From Macrostomum hystrix (Eukaryota > Animalia > Platyhelminthes), in the NCBI GenBank assembly GCA_950097015.1, contig CATNEN010000039.1, positions 17,484,001-17,548,000 on the forward strand: a DNA stretch of 64,000 bases, given 5' to 3'. Of the stretch, positions 37,750 through 50,225 are shown piece by piece; position 1 is the first letter of the stretch; the number at the start of each line of letters is the position of its first letter. The notes beneath the pieces were generated by a model. The model was not told the origin of the DNA, searched no databases, and saw only the letters and a program-made list of their open reading frames with translations. Both the position numbers and the translations under genes were made by a program.

Positions 37750-38184
37750 GATTTTTTTAGCTGAGCTGACGAAGGGTAAGATCAGACCTTAGGGCTTGAA
37801 AAGACGTCCGGCGGACGATGTTTTTAACACCGGGTTAGATAGGCTCCTGAATCCTTGGACCACTGTAGTATAACTGTAGCTGTGTAGCTGTCTCCTTGTC
37901 TTTCATATTAATGTGGAATTAATAAGGCCCGCAAATTAAAATTGCATAATTAAATACTCCATGATTATATTTTTAATGAGACTTAGATTACATTTTCGTT
38001 GAAATTCTTACCTGAAAGACTTATATTTCCAGATTCTTGAAGCCACTAGTATCGATTGTGCATTGATAATTAATAATTAAGTTAAATTGGACGAAAAAAC
38101 AATTTACCATGGCGTGTCAAGGGTTAAATAGATTAACGTGCTTTAATTAAATTCAGCGCTTAGATTGATGCAGCCATACACTTA

Positions 38185-38370
38185 ATTCTCACGTTGCCTT
38201 GGTAGTTGGCACTAAATGGCGCGAATTGCAAGACAGTTACCCCCCAAAGCCTCCTCCTTGCGGCTGCGACACAAATTAATTGTGTGCCGACCTCACCGTG
38301 GAATATCGAGCTCAGGGATCCTGGTGCGAGAGGTATGCTTAACGCTCCGTTACTCTCCGCGGCTGCTCCC
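38185..38370 (-). mobile_element. tRNA-derived SINE copy (partial)
   Basis: CTCTCGCACCAGGATCCCTGAGCTCGATATTCCACGGTGAGG and body shared with 53713-53997. Confidence 0.68.
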
Positions 38371-39001
38371 CAAATCATTTGAGATCATTTGAGATTGAGA
38401 TCCAAGCCACCTTAATTGCTACTATTTTTGTTTCACTTTTTTATTGCTTAAAATAGAACCTTTGGTTGCGTCGGACATAGCTGCGACTGTACGCCTAATT
38501 TCTATGCATGCTATTCACTTGCAAAAAGCGAGAGTATAATAAAACTCAACGAAGAAGAGAACTAGCTGCTGGTAAGTGGTTGCTGACTGCGCTCAGCATA
38601 GAGAAACTATATTTTAACTGACAGAAAAACACTTTAACTTAGTGATCAACAGCAAGAACGACCTAAACTCAAAAAAAAGATTACACAAGCCTTATGAGAA
38701 GGTAAAGGTATTTTTAAACAAATTTAGCTTCTTTACTCTAAAATGTGGTGGTGGAGAAAAATGAAAGCTCATATACGAAAGGTTCATTTGCACATGCAAT
38801 GCAAAAGCCCAATAGCAAGTAGCATGCATGAGCAAACGGTCAGAAGTCGAGAGTTCTAGGCCACTTGGATAACTGTTGTTACAATTTCCACTGTCGCGAT
38901 ATAAAAATTAGCTTGGGCAAATCGTGTGCAAATGGTTAAAATGTCCGAAAAGGAAGTCTTTATGAGCCCCTTTCTTCTTATATCGCCATTCTGTGCAGAC
39001 T

Positions 39002-42000
39002 CTAGGCCTCAGAGTACAGCACCGTCCCCTGGCTGTTCAGGGCATCGGCGGACTCAAAGTCCTCTGCGGCCATTCGTCTGGATCGACGCAGCAGCTCGTC
39101 CAACTTCTTTGACACCGCATCGTTGGCGGATGCGGAAACTCCTCGACTGTTGGCCTGCTTGGTCCGGTCAAACTGGATGCTGGCCCCGCTCCAGTTAATA
39201 TCATCGCCGAGAAGCTCCTCCTCGATGTCGTCCTGAATGGTTTCAACTATTCGTGTCTGCATTCGATGCCTCATTCTGCGGAATCTGTCGGCCTGTCTAA
39301 GAATGAAACGCTCGTGATTTCTGCCCAGCATCGACAGGCGCTTGCGAGCATCCTCGGGATCGAGTTCGGCATTTGAGTTGCAGGTGCGCTTGAAGCACTT
39401 CTGCAGTGCGGACCACAAAATGCCCAGAATGTTGAGAGGCGGAGGCCACGAACTCAAGCGGCAATAGTCGATTAGCAGTTCATGCCTCAGTGCCAGCCAT
39501 AGCAACTGCCAGCGCTTCTCTGAACGACTGACCGTATTGCTAAACTTCGCTATGAGCATGTTAAACATGACCAAATTGACGGTGAGAAGAAAAGCGATGA
39601 GTACAAATCGCTTATAAAACAGCCTAGCAGATGCAAAGTAGCAGCCGTCGTTAGTGCCATAATGATCGCAGCCTTCTAGAGCGTCGATTTGAAAGTCGCC
39701 AAAAGCGGCCAGTAGCGGTCTGGTGTAGATTTCAAATAGGATGCTGTCATTGCGTCGCTGTATGCTCGAGCCGTCAAACCGATAGCGCCCAACTGTTAGC
39801 AAGGACATAAAGATCGTGCCAAACGATACGATCATCAGGAAAAGAATCGTCACAAATGGCATCAAATCCCTGTAGAATATGTAAGGCAGCATGACTATGT
39901 TGACACCGATCGAGCGGGAAAATCGTAGAATTTTTAGAAAGCGCATACTGACCATGAATAGAGCATGGGACATGAGTATTTTATAACAAAAGTGTGTGTA
40001 CGCCGATTCCATGTCTCCTATGGCGGTGGCGTCAGGGTCATCAAGTTCACCCCACTGTCCAAAACGAATCACCGCCTTGTACGACAAGGCAGCCATGAGG
40101 AAACTGATGTTAAGTAGATCGTAAACATTCCAGATATCAAACAGATAGGATCTGAAGCCCTCACTAATGGTTGTCGAACGAATGTAGCACTCGTGGCCCT
40201 CCTGAATCGCCAGAGTGAATAGAAAACAGATCAGAACAATGTCAGTCCAGTTCCATCTGATAGACGGAAACGTCAGACTCGTGATAAGGATCGCAATGTA
40301 GAATACAGTCGAAGCCGCGTACAGAATGAGTCTCCTTCTTGGACACTGGAGGTGCCTCTTTAGTCTTTGGACGAGGTTCGGCTTGCCACTCTGGCTCCTA
40401 TCAACTAGGCGAACCGCTGACTCATAGGCGTGGTTGGAGTTGTTGTTGTGATACTCTGGCGGCTCGTGCCACATCTTCTCAACAAGCTGCTGAATGCATT
40501 CTGCGCCGTAGAAATCGACGTATTCGGACTTTCTGATCAGCTCTAGAGTCGACAGGCTCTGGTTCAACTCTTTGCCACGCTTCAACTCCATCTTACGGAC
40601 GAGTCGTTTTGAATGGGGTAGAGCAGACTCGCGACCTGTGCCATCGTGAGTTCCCATTTTGCCTAGCAGGTATTCAAAGACGAGGTCGGCCTCTCGGTCA
40701 CGGCAGCCACGAAACAGGATGTCGATTGCGTTAATGGCGACTTTTGCCGAGAATGCCTTGACGCTTCTTAGCTCTGGGTTTGCGTCCCTGATTGGATAAT
40801 AATTGATAAGGTGCTCTTCTTGAATGAGTCGATTGCACCGAATGATCGCGCTTACAGCTGTGGGGATCAGGTCGAACTGTCGAGTAATCAGTAAGGCCTT
40901 CGCCATTGTGCATCTGCCAGTGATAATGGCTAGGTCGACCATTGAAAGCAGCCTAAAGTAAGTTGTCGGCTTATCTAATTTGCGTAGGAATACTTTGCCG
41001 TTGTCACGATAAGAAAATAGAGGTCTTCTGGAAACAGCGTTGCTTTGCCGCCGATCTAGGCTAAGGCCCTCAAAAGTCCACCACATGAAGTCCACCTTGA
41101 CTCCGAGGCGCTCTTTGATGGGAACTTCAGCCTCCATTTCCGGCAGTTCCTCCATCACATTAATAAAGAACTTTATAAAGTCTCGGTCGGGAAGCACTTC
41201 GTCTACTATCGCTTCGCCACTCAGGTGGAATCCGTATAACTTCGGATTTTCAATGGCTCTTTTCCAAAATGTAGAACGAATCAGAGCCCTGTACTGCGTT
41301 GCGCTATCATTTTCAAAGCACATGTACATTAGCGACTTGACATTCATCTCATCCAGTGACGTGAGACCACGGTACTTTTGTGATTTTTTAAACAGACGCC
41401 AGGCTTCGTCTAGTTCTGCATCCGCTGCAGATTCCGTTGGGCTCCCTCGGTGCGCTCGCAGTCGCCCTCGCAATTGTCCAGAGCGCCCCTCACAGAGTCA
41501 ACGCAGGCAGCATATTCCAGAACCCAAGACCTGCCGAGTGGACCAGCTCTGCCCTCAGCGCCGTCACTGACGATTTGGAAAGCGCAGAGAATGGCTTCCT
41601 GTCTGTCAGGCTTGGCAAATACAAGGTCGATGCACGTTGCGCCATTCCGTGTGCAGTCCTGCAGGCTGAAGCCACGCTGCATCAGGTACGCCATACTTTC
41701 TGAATGGCCACCGTTGCAGGCAAAGTGCAACGCAGTCCACAGCCCGTATTTAAATGTTTGAGGCTGCAATTGAATGTGACGCAGAGTTTTCTCTTTTCTA
41801 TCCATCTCCTGGTCGTCGATGGGTCCTCCAAGTACCATCTGTGAGTCAAACTCAGCTGGCTCGTTGTGGTAGAGGATTAAGTGCAGCCCACTGCCTGGAG
41901 CCATCTCTTCAATCTGGTGCTTCATCAGGAACTGAATGCTGTTGCTGCTGGCGCAGATGTGAGCAACATCCATACCGTAAGAATTGACTAGCATCTCTTC

Positions 42001-42468
42001 CCATGGCACCGAAAACGACTCGCTGTACAGCTTCAGCTCTCGAATCAGAAGCTTTTGTCGGCGCAGTTGATCACTGTCTTCGTCATTTTCGTTCTCGCTT
42101 TGAAAGTCTCTATCGGTTGGTAAATCCGCATCTTTGTTACCCCGCTTTAACATGTAGAAAAGCGGTGTGAAGTGCTTGTGGTCCTCCTGTCTGGGGTCCA
42201 CGAAGACGGAGCCGGACATCAGGGCTTGCAGGACGTACCTAGCTACACAGAAATCTTCGCAGCTAGGGCAGACCTTTCCAAAAGCAATGTGCAACAGGTT
42301 CTGTCGACGCTCTGTAGTGTTATAAAAGACTGCCGATGAACGGGACTCCCTGAGTGCCAGCTGCAGCTGGTAAATTAGCACCCTGTCTGGTTGATAGTTC
42401 TGCTCGTCTTGCGTGTCGATGCTTGTAGTTGGCGACGCACGCGGATGAACCCCAACTTCCAGGCTCAT
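39002..42468 (-). CDS. TRPM-like cation channel with N-terminal ankyrin repeats, intronless, one frameshift at about 41410-41497
   Basis: Ankyrin-like TPLFY and TALHFACNGGHSESMAYLMQRG; MHR4-like LAIITGRCTMAKALL; pre-S1 CIQQLVEKMW; six hydrophobic segments; DIWNVYD; NMLIAKFSNT...W...R..L...Y....WPPPLNIL TRP domain. Confidence 0.8.
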
Positions 42469-42553
42469 CGACAGATTAGCTTTAGTGCGAGAAAACAATT
42501 AGTGCTTTACTAGCACACTAAGCCCCCCTTGGGGGGCACAACTGTTCAGACAG

Positions 42554-42918
42554 CAGCAGCAGAGAACTAATTCCCCCCCAGCAGCAAAGAACTAATTCCC
42601 CCCCCACCAGCAGCAGAGAACTAATTCCCCCCAGCAGCAAAGAACTAATTCGCCCCAGCAGCAGAGAACTAATTCCCCCCAGCAGCAGAGAACTAATTTC
42701 CCCCAGCAGCAGAGAACTAATTCCCCCCCAGCAGCAGATAACTAATTCCCCCCCAGCAGCAGAGAACTAATTCCCCCCCAGCAGCAGATAACTAATTCCC
42801 CCCAGCAGCAGAGAACTAATTCCCCCCAGCAGCAAAGAACTAATTCCCCCCAGCAGCAGAGAACTAATTCCCCCCAGCAGCAGATAACTAATTCCCCCCC
42901 CCAGCAGCAGAGAACTAA
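42554..42918. repeat. ~24-bp tandem repeat (CAGCAGCAGAGAACTAATTCCCCC) just upstream of the TRP start codon
   Basis: About 15 copies with a variable C-run. Confidence 0.93.
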
Positions 42919-43214
42919 GTATTTTCCAGAATGCTCAGCGTCTCTGAAGCGCAAGAGCTGTTTTAAGCGTAGCTGCTCAGCTCATTGAGCTGTCATAGAA
43001 AACTGAAAAGACTGAGCAAGAAAAGTGGATTTATTTTTCTTCAAACGTTTCTATGTTAAGTAAAAAAGATTTATGAAAAAAAACTTAACTGCTACGATAG
43101 CTAGCACAGTTGCATAGCAGTCCATGTGTCATCTTTTTGTCTTTCTTATTTTAAAATCTTCCTTGTAGTAATGAGAGTACTGCTTTTGAAAGTGTTTACA
43201 GCAGGGGGTAAATA

Positions 43215-43280
43215 GTTGAGCAATCTAACGCGTTCGCCTCTCGCACAAGGTCCCTGAGCTCGATTCCGCAACGAGGCCAC
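43215..43280 (+). mobile_element. SINE tRNA-like head fragment
   Basis: CGCCTCTCGCACAAGGTCCCTGAGCTCGATTCC matches the heads at 38300 and 53940. Confidence 0.6.
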
Positions 43281-44541
43281 ATGTCCAGCATGCGACAAAG
43301 TAGCTGATTCCCTTTGCAACCTGCACTAGTATGCTACTGATTATTTTATCTCTCATATTATTCAATAATTTTAGCTTCTATCCCCAAAAAATCAATCACG
43401 CGAAGTTTCAAAGAGCTTTCCCGGTTCCAATGAAGGACCTTCGTACGGATGGAAGTTTTACGTCAAAGTAACAACACACCATAGAAATTTTAATGAAGGC
43501 GATATCCTGTGCATTTAGCGAAGCACTTCAGACTAATTGGTTTGTAACTTGCCAAGTCTGTCCATAACTGCTTGTGACAGTCACTTCAACTTTAAAAATG
43601 CATCAACGTACGTCTCCTCTATCAAGAACTGACGCGATGACGTTAGCAATAAAGACGTATTATTTGTGAGGCTGCGAAAACGTACTTTTGTGGATCATTG
43701 GCTTCTTTTAGACCATTTCAATGGATCAGGACAGCATATTGCACATACGAATCTATGCAGCAATCTATATGCCCTCGTATTGATGAACTGGCTTTGACAC
43801 GTCGAGAACTATAATAGCGGCATAGTGGCATTTTTTCGAAACTGACTGATTTGTACCGGCGTGAAGTGCCAATGAACTCAAGCTTGGAGTGCGAAGAAGC
43901 GTAGGCCGTGGCGATTTTTAATTTCAATAATTTCGAAGAAATCCATCGCACTCAAATTTCGTATTTAGGAATCTTTATTAAGATTGCAAATATCTCGCAA
44001 TGGCTAGACTCAGAAACAGCTTTATTTAGTTTGATTGACAAAGGTCTTCCACGATAGACAAGATCAGCAACGTGTTTACGACAGAGAAGCCCGTCTGGCG
44101 GGGACGTCAAAAGAGGCAAAATAATTCACGGCAGTCAGCCAAACTGCTAGCGGAGGCGAGGAAGATAAAATTTTATGTTGGGCCGCTAATTTCAGTGATT
44201 AAATAAATCAAAGTGTGTTTGCTCGAAAAAACTTGGAGGCTTTAGCAACAATAAAAGTGGCTTTTTCTGTTGGACTCAACTGCATACTGAAGGACAAGAG
44301 TCATGTGGGCTGCGCGATAGATATTGAAATCCGCTTCAAACCGGTGGGTCTGTTTTGAAATACAAAAAATATTTATTTTTGTTAATATTGCTTGCTTTAT
44401 ATGAAAAGCTCTTCATTTGTTAAAGTTGCTGCAACTGCAAAAGCTGCACGTACGATGCACATGGGGAGAATGACAATATTGAAAAAGCCAAATGAGTTAG
44501 TATGCGAGAGGGGCTATCTGGGACAAACGTTTTCGCGGCCT

Positions 44542-46780
44542 CTATAATCCACATAATCTATAATCTATAATTCCTCTATAATCTAGGAAGACAGCCAGGG
44601 CAAAACCGCTGCCCAGCACTGCCTTCTCGAGAGTCTCCACGAATGCAGTGGAGGGCGCTCTCCGTGGACCGGCCCGCCCGAAAGCGTGCTGGTTTGGGGA
44701 GAGCGGGGCCCGCCCTAGCTCTACAGTAAGAAGGCGCCAAAGCACCAGTCTTTCCATGAGCTTGAGGCAGGTGGAAGTCAAGCTTATCGGGCGATAGGAC
44801 TTGACCGAGCGATAGTCGCCTTTGGCGGGCTTCGGGATGAAGACGACCCGGGCTTCGTGCCACAGCGCTGGTACATAGCCCAGCACGATGCAGGCCCGTA
44901 GAAGTCTGCAGAGGAGATGGAGGAAGCGGCCATTTTTGACCGCTTCATGCAGAAAGGCCGGATAGATACCGTCTGGCCCAGGTGTTTTATAAGGGTTGAA
45001 TGACTTTGCCGCGCGAGCGATGCGGTCATTCGTAACAAGTGACTGAGCCAGGCCCTGACCACCACGCGAGTGGTCGTCTGGGCCAAAGTGCGCCGGTGCA
45101 CTCGGGAAAAAGTGCCCTAGCATGAGCTCGAGCGTTTCCTCCGGGCGCTCCGTGACCGAGCCATCAGGCTATTTGATCGACGAGAGCTTGGAGAAGCGGT
45201 CGTTGGTGAGCGCCTTTATTACGCGGGCCGTGGGCCGCGAGCCCTCAAGCCCTTCGCAGTATTGACGCCACTTGTCCGCTTTTGCCCTTCTGACCCGGCC
45301 CTTAAACTCGTGGATAGCGCGAGTATATAGGCCTCTTTGTCGTCGGGGTCGTGAGAACAGCTTCCTCTGGAGAGCCTTAGCTCGGCGTCTCAGGACTCCG
45401 AGCTCGGGGTTCCACCAGGGGGCCGATTTTTTTCCTTTGTAGGCTTTGAGCGGGCAAGCCATTTCGTAGGCCTCTGTGATGGCGCCGCCCAGCAGGGCAG
45501 CCACTCCATCCAGGTCCTGCGTGGTTGCCATGGCCATGGAGGGGTCGGAGTCCCGAAGGCCCTCATGCAGCCTTTGGCTGAACGTGGGCCAGTCGGTGTT
45601 TCTGACATTACGCCTCCAGATAGGCTTTTGCTTCTTATCGGGAGTACCGATGTTGAAGCGGATAAAACGGTGGTCCGAGAGTGAGCTTTCGGTCTCCCAC
45701 ACCTCCCAACCCAGCACCCTTGGGAGGATGCCGGGTGAGGCCAGGGTGACGTCCAGCACCTCAGCCCACCGCCCATTGTCGAACGTGGGCGTGTTGCCCA
45801 TATTGCAGAAGTTGAGAGGCGTGCCGCTAACGAAGTCCAGGAGCTCTTCGCTGCGGTCATTAATTTTAGAGCTACCCCAGTGGGTGTGATGTGAGTTCAC
45901 ATCTCCCGCGAGGAGCAGCTCAAAGTTACGAGCCCTGGCGAAATCGCATAGGGTGACGAGGGTATCGCTGACAACGGGGGGCGTCACCTGCCAGGTAGGC
46001 GGATGCCACGAGGGTCAGCTTGTTGGGCACAATGTGTGCGGATTGAATGACGCAGATGTCCCCGTTAGAAAGATCGGGTCTCATCCACGCATTTAAAGCT
46101 TTTGCAGCATAGATCAGAGATCTGGGGCGGACAGAGTCTTCCATGCAAAAGCAGTCATAGCCAGCAGGAATGTTGCTTGGTTTGTTATTCGATAGCCAGG
46201 GCTCCTGTACCAGTACAAGGCCCGGCATCATGCGCTCTGTCGTGCGCATCAGACTGACTGACGCTGCCACGCAGTGCTGGGTGTTAACTTGTAGACATGA
46301 AATCCCGGGGATCATCATGCAGGCAAGGTCTACTTGGAGGGGGACTCAGCCAGAAGGCGGTCCTCCTCCTCCGGGTCGATGTCGGTAGCCATGGGCTCCT
46401 CCGTGCCCCGGCCCCGAGCCAGAGGCGGGAACTCGGCGGGGTCAGCCGCCCAGTCCCCACCCCCGGCCCCGAGCCCAGGCCCAGAGTCTCCCTCAACCGG
46501 TGCCAGCACCGCTCCCTGGGCCGTGAGAGGGGCGCTCGAAGGGCCCTGCTCGATAGAGCAGGGCACCACAGAGGCCTCCCCCGTAGCCCTTGGTTGCGGC
46601 GCCTGCCCCGGTGGGCCGCCGCGCATCTCAGTGCGCAGCTGGGTCACCTTGGCGGTTCGCACCACCTCGGAGGCCCGCTGGAGAAGGCCCCGGCGCTTGG
46701 TGGCGCGCGCGGAGCGACGCTCAGAGCTGCCGGCAATGGCGCGCTCTGGCCTTTTTTGGCGAGACGACTGGGCCCTGCCC
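44542..46780 (-). mobile_element. 3'-truncated LINE (ORF1 tail, APE, RT N-terminus), R1/Loa/I-group-like
   Basis: QVNTQH, VQEPW, GDVNSHH..WGS, SDH, PWWN, KTPGPDG, YRPISLTS, AVFLD; contains frameshifts and stops. Confidence 0.88.
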
Positions 46781-46782
46781 CC

Positions 46783-46998
46783 GGTTAGATTTGATCGATT
46801 AGCTGGCAGGTGGCAGTTGAACTGCAGTCAACTCTTGATCCGATTTGCAACGGCTGAGTAGAATCGGCCAGAATGCTTAGTCGAGTGTTGTCAGTTGTTG
46901 GATTTGATTCTTCGTTTCGGGCCGCTGCCCCTTCAATATGCTGCAGAAAATGCAGGTCCGAGCCGGCTCGGTCTATGGCAGCGCTGGCTCACACAGGG
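46783..46998 (-). repeat. Inverted duplicate of the upstream region (32581-32793) of the Cys-rich gene
   Basis: About 215 bp near-identical reverse complement; the track ORFs MLSRVLSVVGFDSS occur at both sites. Confidence 0.88.
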
Positions 46999-47705
46999 GC
47001 CTCTCGTGCAGACGGTGAGGTCGTCAGCGTATTGAATCAGCTGGATCTGGGCAGGAGGAGCCGGGATGTCGCTCATGTAGTAGGCAAAGAGGAGCGGGGA
47101 CAGAACCCCTCCCTGAGGCACGCCCGCTCTGAGACGCCTGGCCGAGGAGAGCGAGCCGCGGAAGAGGACTCTCGTGCTCCGACCGCACAGGTACGCACTG
47201 AGCCACCTGGTGAGGCATTTCGGCAGGCTGGAGTTGAAGAGCCTCCGGAGGAGCTTGGCATGATTGACTTTGTCGAACGCTTTTTGCAGATCGAGTGCTA
47301 TGAGCAGAGTCCTCTCAGCAGGTTTAGGTTGGCTAAGGCCGTTGCTGATGGAGCTCGTGAGGCTGGTGAGGGCGGTGGCGGTGGAGTGCCCCGCGCGGAA
47401 GCCATGCTGCCAGGTGGGGAGCGGGAGTGCGCTCTGAAAGGTGGACAGCAGGCAATTTTCCAGCAATTTTGCGGCTGGAGAAAAGGATCGAGATTGGCCT
47501 GTAGGAGAAGCTGCAGGTAGCATCTTTGTCCCTTTAAGAAGAGACACTACCTTGGCAGATGTCCAGGTGCTAGGAACGATACTGGTGGTAAGGCTCAGAT
47601 TGAATAGGCAGCAGAGGAAGGCAATTCCCTTTGGTCCAAGATGCTTCAGGACGATGGGGGAAAGGCCATCCGGTCCGGTGGCTTTGGACGGCGAAGAGCT
47701 TTTGA
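46999..47705 (-). mobile_element. LINE RT fragment
   Basis: QHGFR, LDLQKAFD, GVPQGGVLSP, QYADD; truncated right after YADD. Confidence 0.9.
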
Positions 47706-47860
47706 CGCCAAAAGATCTCCCCTGGAGTCGGAGAGGGGCGAGTGTCAGAGAACATTGTGCGCATTAAAGTCGCCAACGACAAGGTGAGTCCCGTGCGAGG
47801 TGTCTTCCAGGAAGGACGCAGGGTCAAGCTAGTGGTTGGCAGGACAGGAGCTGGCTGGTG

Positions 47861-48080
47861 GACACCCAATACTGTTAGACACCCAATACTGTTAGACACC
47901 CAATACTGTTAGACACCCAATACTGTTAGACACCCAATACTGTTAGACACCCAATACTGTTAGACACCCAATACTGTTAGACACCCAATACTGTTAGACA
48001 CCCAATACTGTTAGACACCCAATACTGTTAGACACCCAATACTGTTAGACACCCAATACTGTTAGACACCCAATACTGTT
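47861..48080. repeat. 17-bp perfect tandem repeat (GACACCCAATACTGTTA)
   Basis: About 13 identical copies abutting the AGTAGT terminus. Confidence 0.96.
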
Positions 48081-48222
48081 TAGTAGTATGGGTTAGCAGA
48101 ACCCTGCCGACACTGGGGAGATAGGAGGGCGGCCTAATGCATTTGAATGGGGGAGGGGTTGCCTATCCCAGAGCAGAGGACACAGCCGACACTATGGAGA
48201 TAGGAGGACATCGTAGATAGTA

Positions 48223-48447
48223 GAGGCCGGCTATCTCTTTGCATTGGGGAGGGGTTAACACAGCTGGGATAGGAGGAGAGGCCGGCCTATCTCTTTGCAT
48301 TGGGGAGGGGTTAACACAGCTGGGATAGGAGGAGAGGCCGGCTATCTCTTTGCATTGGGGAGGGGTTAACACAGCTGGAATAGGAGGAGAGGCCGGCTAT
48401 CTCTTTGCATTGGGGAGGGGTTAACACAGCTGGGATAGGAGAGGCCG
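48223..48447. repeat. ~55-56-bp G-rich tandem repeat in the left subterminal region
   Basis: 4 copies of GAGGCCGGCTATCTCTTTGCATTGGGGAGGGGTTAACACAGCTGGGATAGGAG. Confidence 0.9.
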
Positions 48448-49153
48448 GGAGGTGTTGGGTTAGAGTTGGAGATAAGGGACGCAGAAAAAGATTGAAAAAA
48501 TTTTCTATCGGGAGGGATAGAAAGGAAGTGATTGAGTGATAAAAACTAGATAGGAGGCGTAAAGGAATGTTTGAGATTGCTGCGCCTATATCTGTTTGCG
48601 CTAGGGAAGGCTAACACTGCAGAGTTGGGAGGCTCGGGAAAGAAATTGCGTAAAAAATGCAGTGAGTAATTCTTCAGTACAAGAGTGTTAAAGGCTAGGG
48701 CAATGAGCATTCGGCCTTTGTATGGGGGTGTGGGGGGCAAAGCCCCCCACAATTAATAACTCTGCCTTTGCAGCCTATCTCTTTGCACTGGGTACAGCTA
48801 GAGGAGGAAGAAGAAGATAGGAAGAAAGCATTGGGGTGGGTTGGGTGTGGCGTCCAAACCGATACTGGAGGGTGGGGAGGCATGGGGTGGGTGGGTGCCT
48901 GTGTCACAGTACAGGGATGAACTGATGGGATGCCGGCCTATCTGCTATAGAAGAACCCTGACGACACTGCGGAGATAGGAGGCTAGCCCGGCAGTGTATT
49001 TTGGAGTTTGGAGGGGCGCCGACAAACTCAGAACAGAGGAGGAATGAGATAGGAGGAAAGCATTGGGGTGAGTGTGGGGTGTGGCGTCCAATCCTACTTA
49101 CCTACATATCTAGTCTGAGCTCCATCACAGGACAAACACCCACCCCAACTCTA

Positions 49154-49193
49154 GCCAATCAGAATCGAGCACACATTTTGGATGGTATATAAG
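49154..49193 (+). promoter_or_regulatory. Putative Pol II promoter (CCAAT box plus TATA box) of the PC4-like ORF
   Basis: GCCAATCAG at 49154 and TATATAAG at 49186, about 85 bp before the ATG at 49273. Confidence 0.55.
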
Positions 49194-49272
49194 CCCTCAA
49201 AAATCGTTAGGAAAGGAGCAAGTTTTCTCAGCTCGTAATTTACCTGATCTTAGCTTTTGACATTAGCTAGCG

Positions 49273-50010
49273 ATGGACATCTGCGACGGTTATAAGATTC
49301 AGGTTCAAGATTACGAAGGCTTGAAGTACATAGCGATAAGAAAGTTCTACCGCCACGGCAGCACTGCAAGTCTGAAACCTGGCGTCCCTGGCTTCAACCT
49401 GAATGTTTGCCAATGGGAAAAGCTGAAGCAACTGAAGCGGTCGCTCGTAGTGTCTGCTCTCAAAAGCGAGTGCAAGGTGGTGAAACTAGGCTTTGATAAG
49501 TTTATCGAAGTCAGGGACGGCATCATCTGGCTCAAGCGGCTGCCTGAGGACTGCTGCGAGGAATTCATGAAGCGTAACGCCGTACCGCTGACCCCACCGC
49601 TGTGGAATAAGCTGTGGCACAACGCATCATGGATAGACGGCCAGCTGTCGGCTCCCTTCAAGGACATGCGGACGAAGTACGAGCTGGAGTCAGATGAGGA
49701 AGAGCAGGACACGAAGCCCGTCCTGGAGGCCGAGAGATCTGAAGGCAATGGTGGAGACGGAGACGAGATCGGCTCGCCTAGAATGCTGCAGATCGACACC
49801 GAGGCTGCCACATCCACGCCGCTTCCCCTGGCTAGCGCTGGGGATGGACGGATCCCGTCTCGGGACTCGGACTTGCGGGAGGACCCGGTGTGGTACCAGT
49901 TCCGGGCGGCTGCGGCTGCGGCGGCCAGCGGTAGCAGGAAGCGCAAACAGCCGTTTCCACTTCGTCGGCAGGAGGCAATGAAGCTTACCAGGCTGCACTT
50001 CGATGAGTGA
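49273..50010 (+). CDS. PC4/Sub1-like ssDNA-binding protein (probably two PC4 repeats) with acidic tail and basic NLS-like motif
   Basis: IQVQDYEGLKYIAIRKFY...LKPGVPGFNLNVCQWEKLK parallels the PC4 core (VSV..F.G...IDIR.Y....KPG.KGISL...QW..LK); weaker second repeat LGFDKFIEV...AVPLTPPLWNKL; RKRK near the C-terminus. Confidence 0.75.
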   Translation: MDICDGYKIQVQDYEGLKYIAIRKFYRHGSTASLKPGVPGFNLNVCQWEKLKQLKRSLVVSALKSECKVVKLGFDKFIEVRDGIIWLKRLPEDCCEEFMKRNAVPLTPPLWNKLWHNASWIDGQLSAPFKDMRTKYELESDEEEQDTKPVLEAERSEGNGGDGDEIGSPRMLQIDTEAATSTPLPLASAGDGRIPSRDSDLREDPVWYQFRAAAAAAASGSRKRKQPFPLRRQEAMKLTRLHFDE

Positions 50011-50225
50011 CTGAACAGTGTGCTCTAATGCGTCTGACTGCTTTTGTGCTCAAATCAGCTGCTCAATTTGTAATTTTGACAGTGTTAAAAGCCAGCTACT
50101 TAATGTTTTTTCCCATTTATTCAGTGTTCACAATTGCTTCTGCATTTGTATGGTGCTGGTTGTTTTTCGACGCAGGTCGATTTTCTGTTACAGTGAATTA
50201 CAAAAAACCTAAGAAAATGAATTGC

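Noticed and set aside
37760-37815. CTGACGA...GAAA..GTC hammerhead-like core (Penelope-type)
   Set aside because: Stems I and III do not pair; at best a decayed remnant
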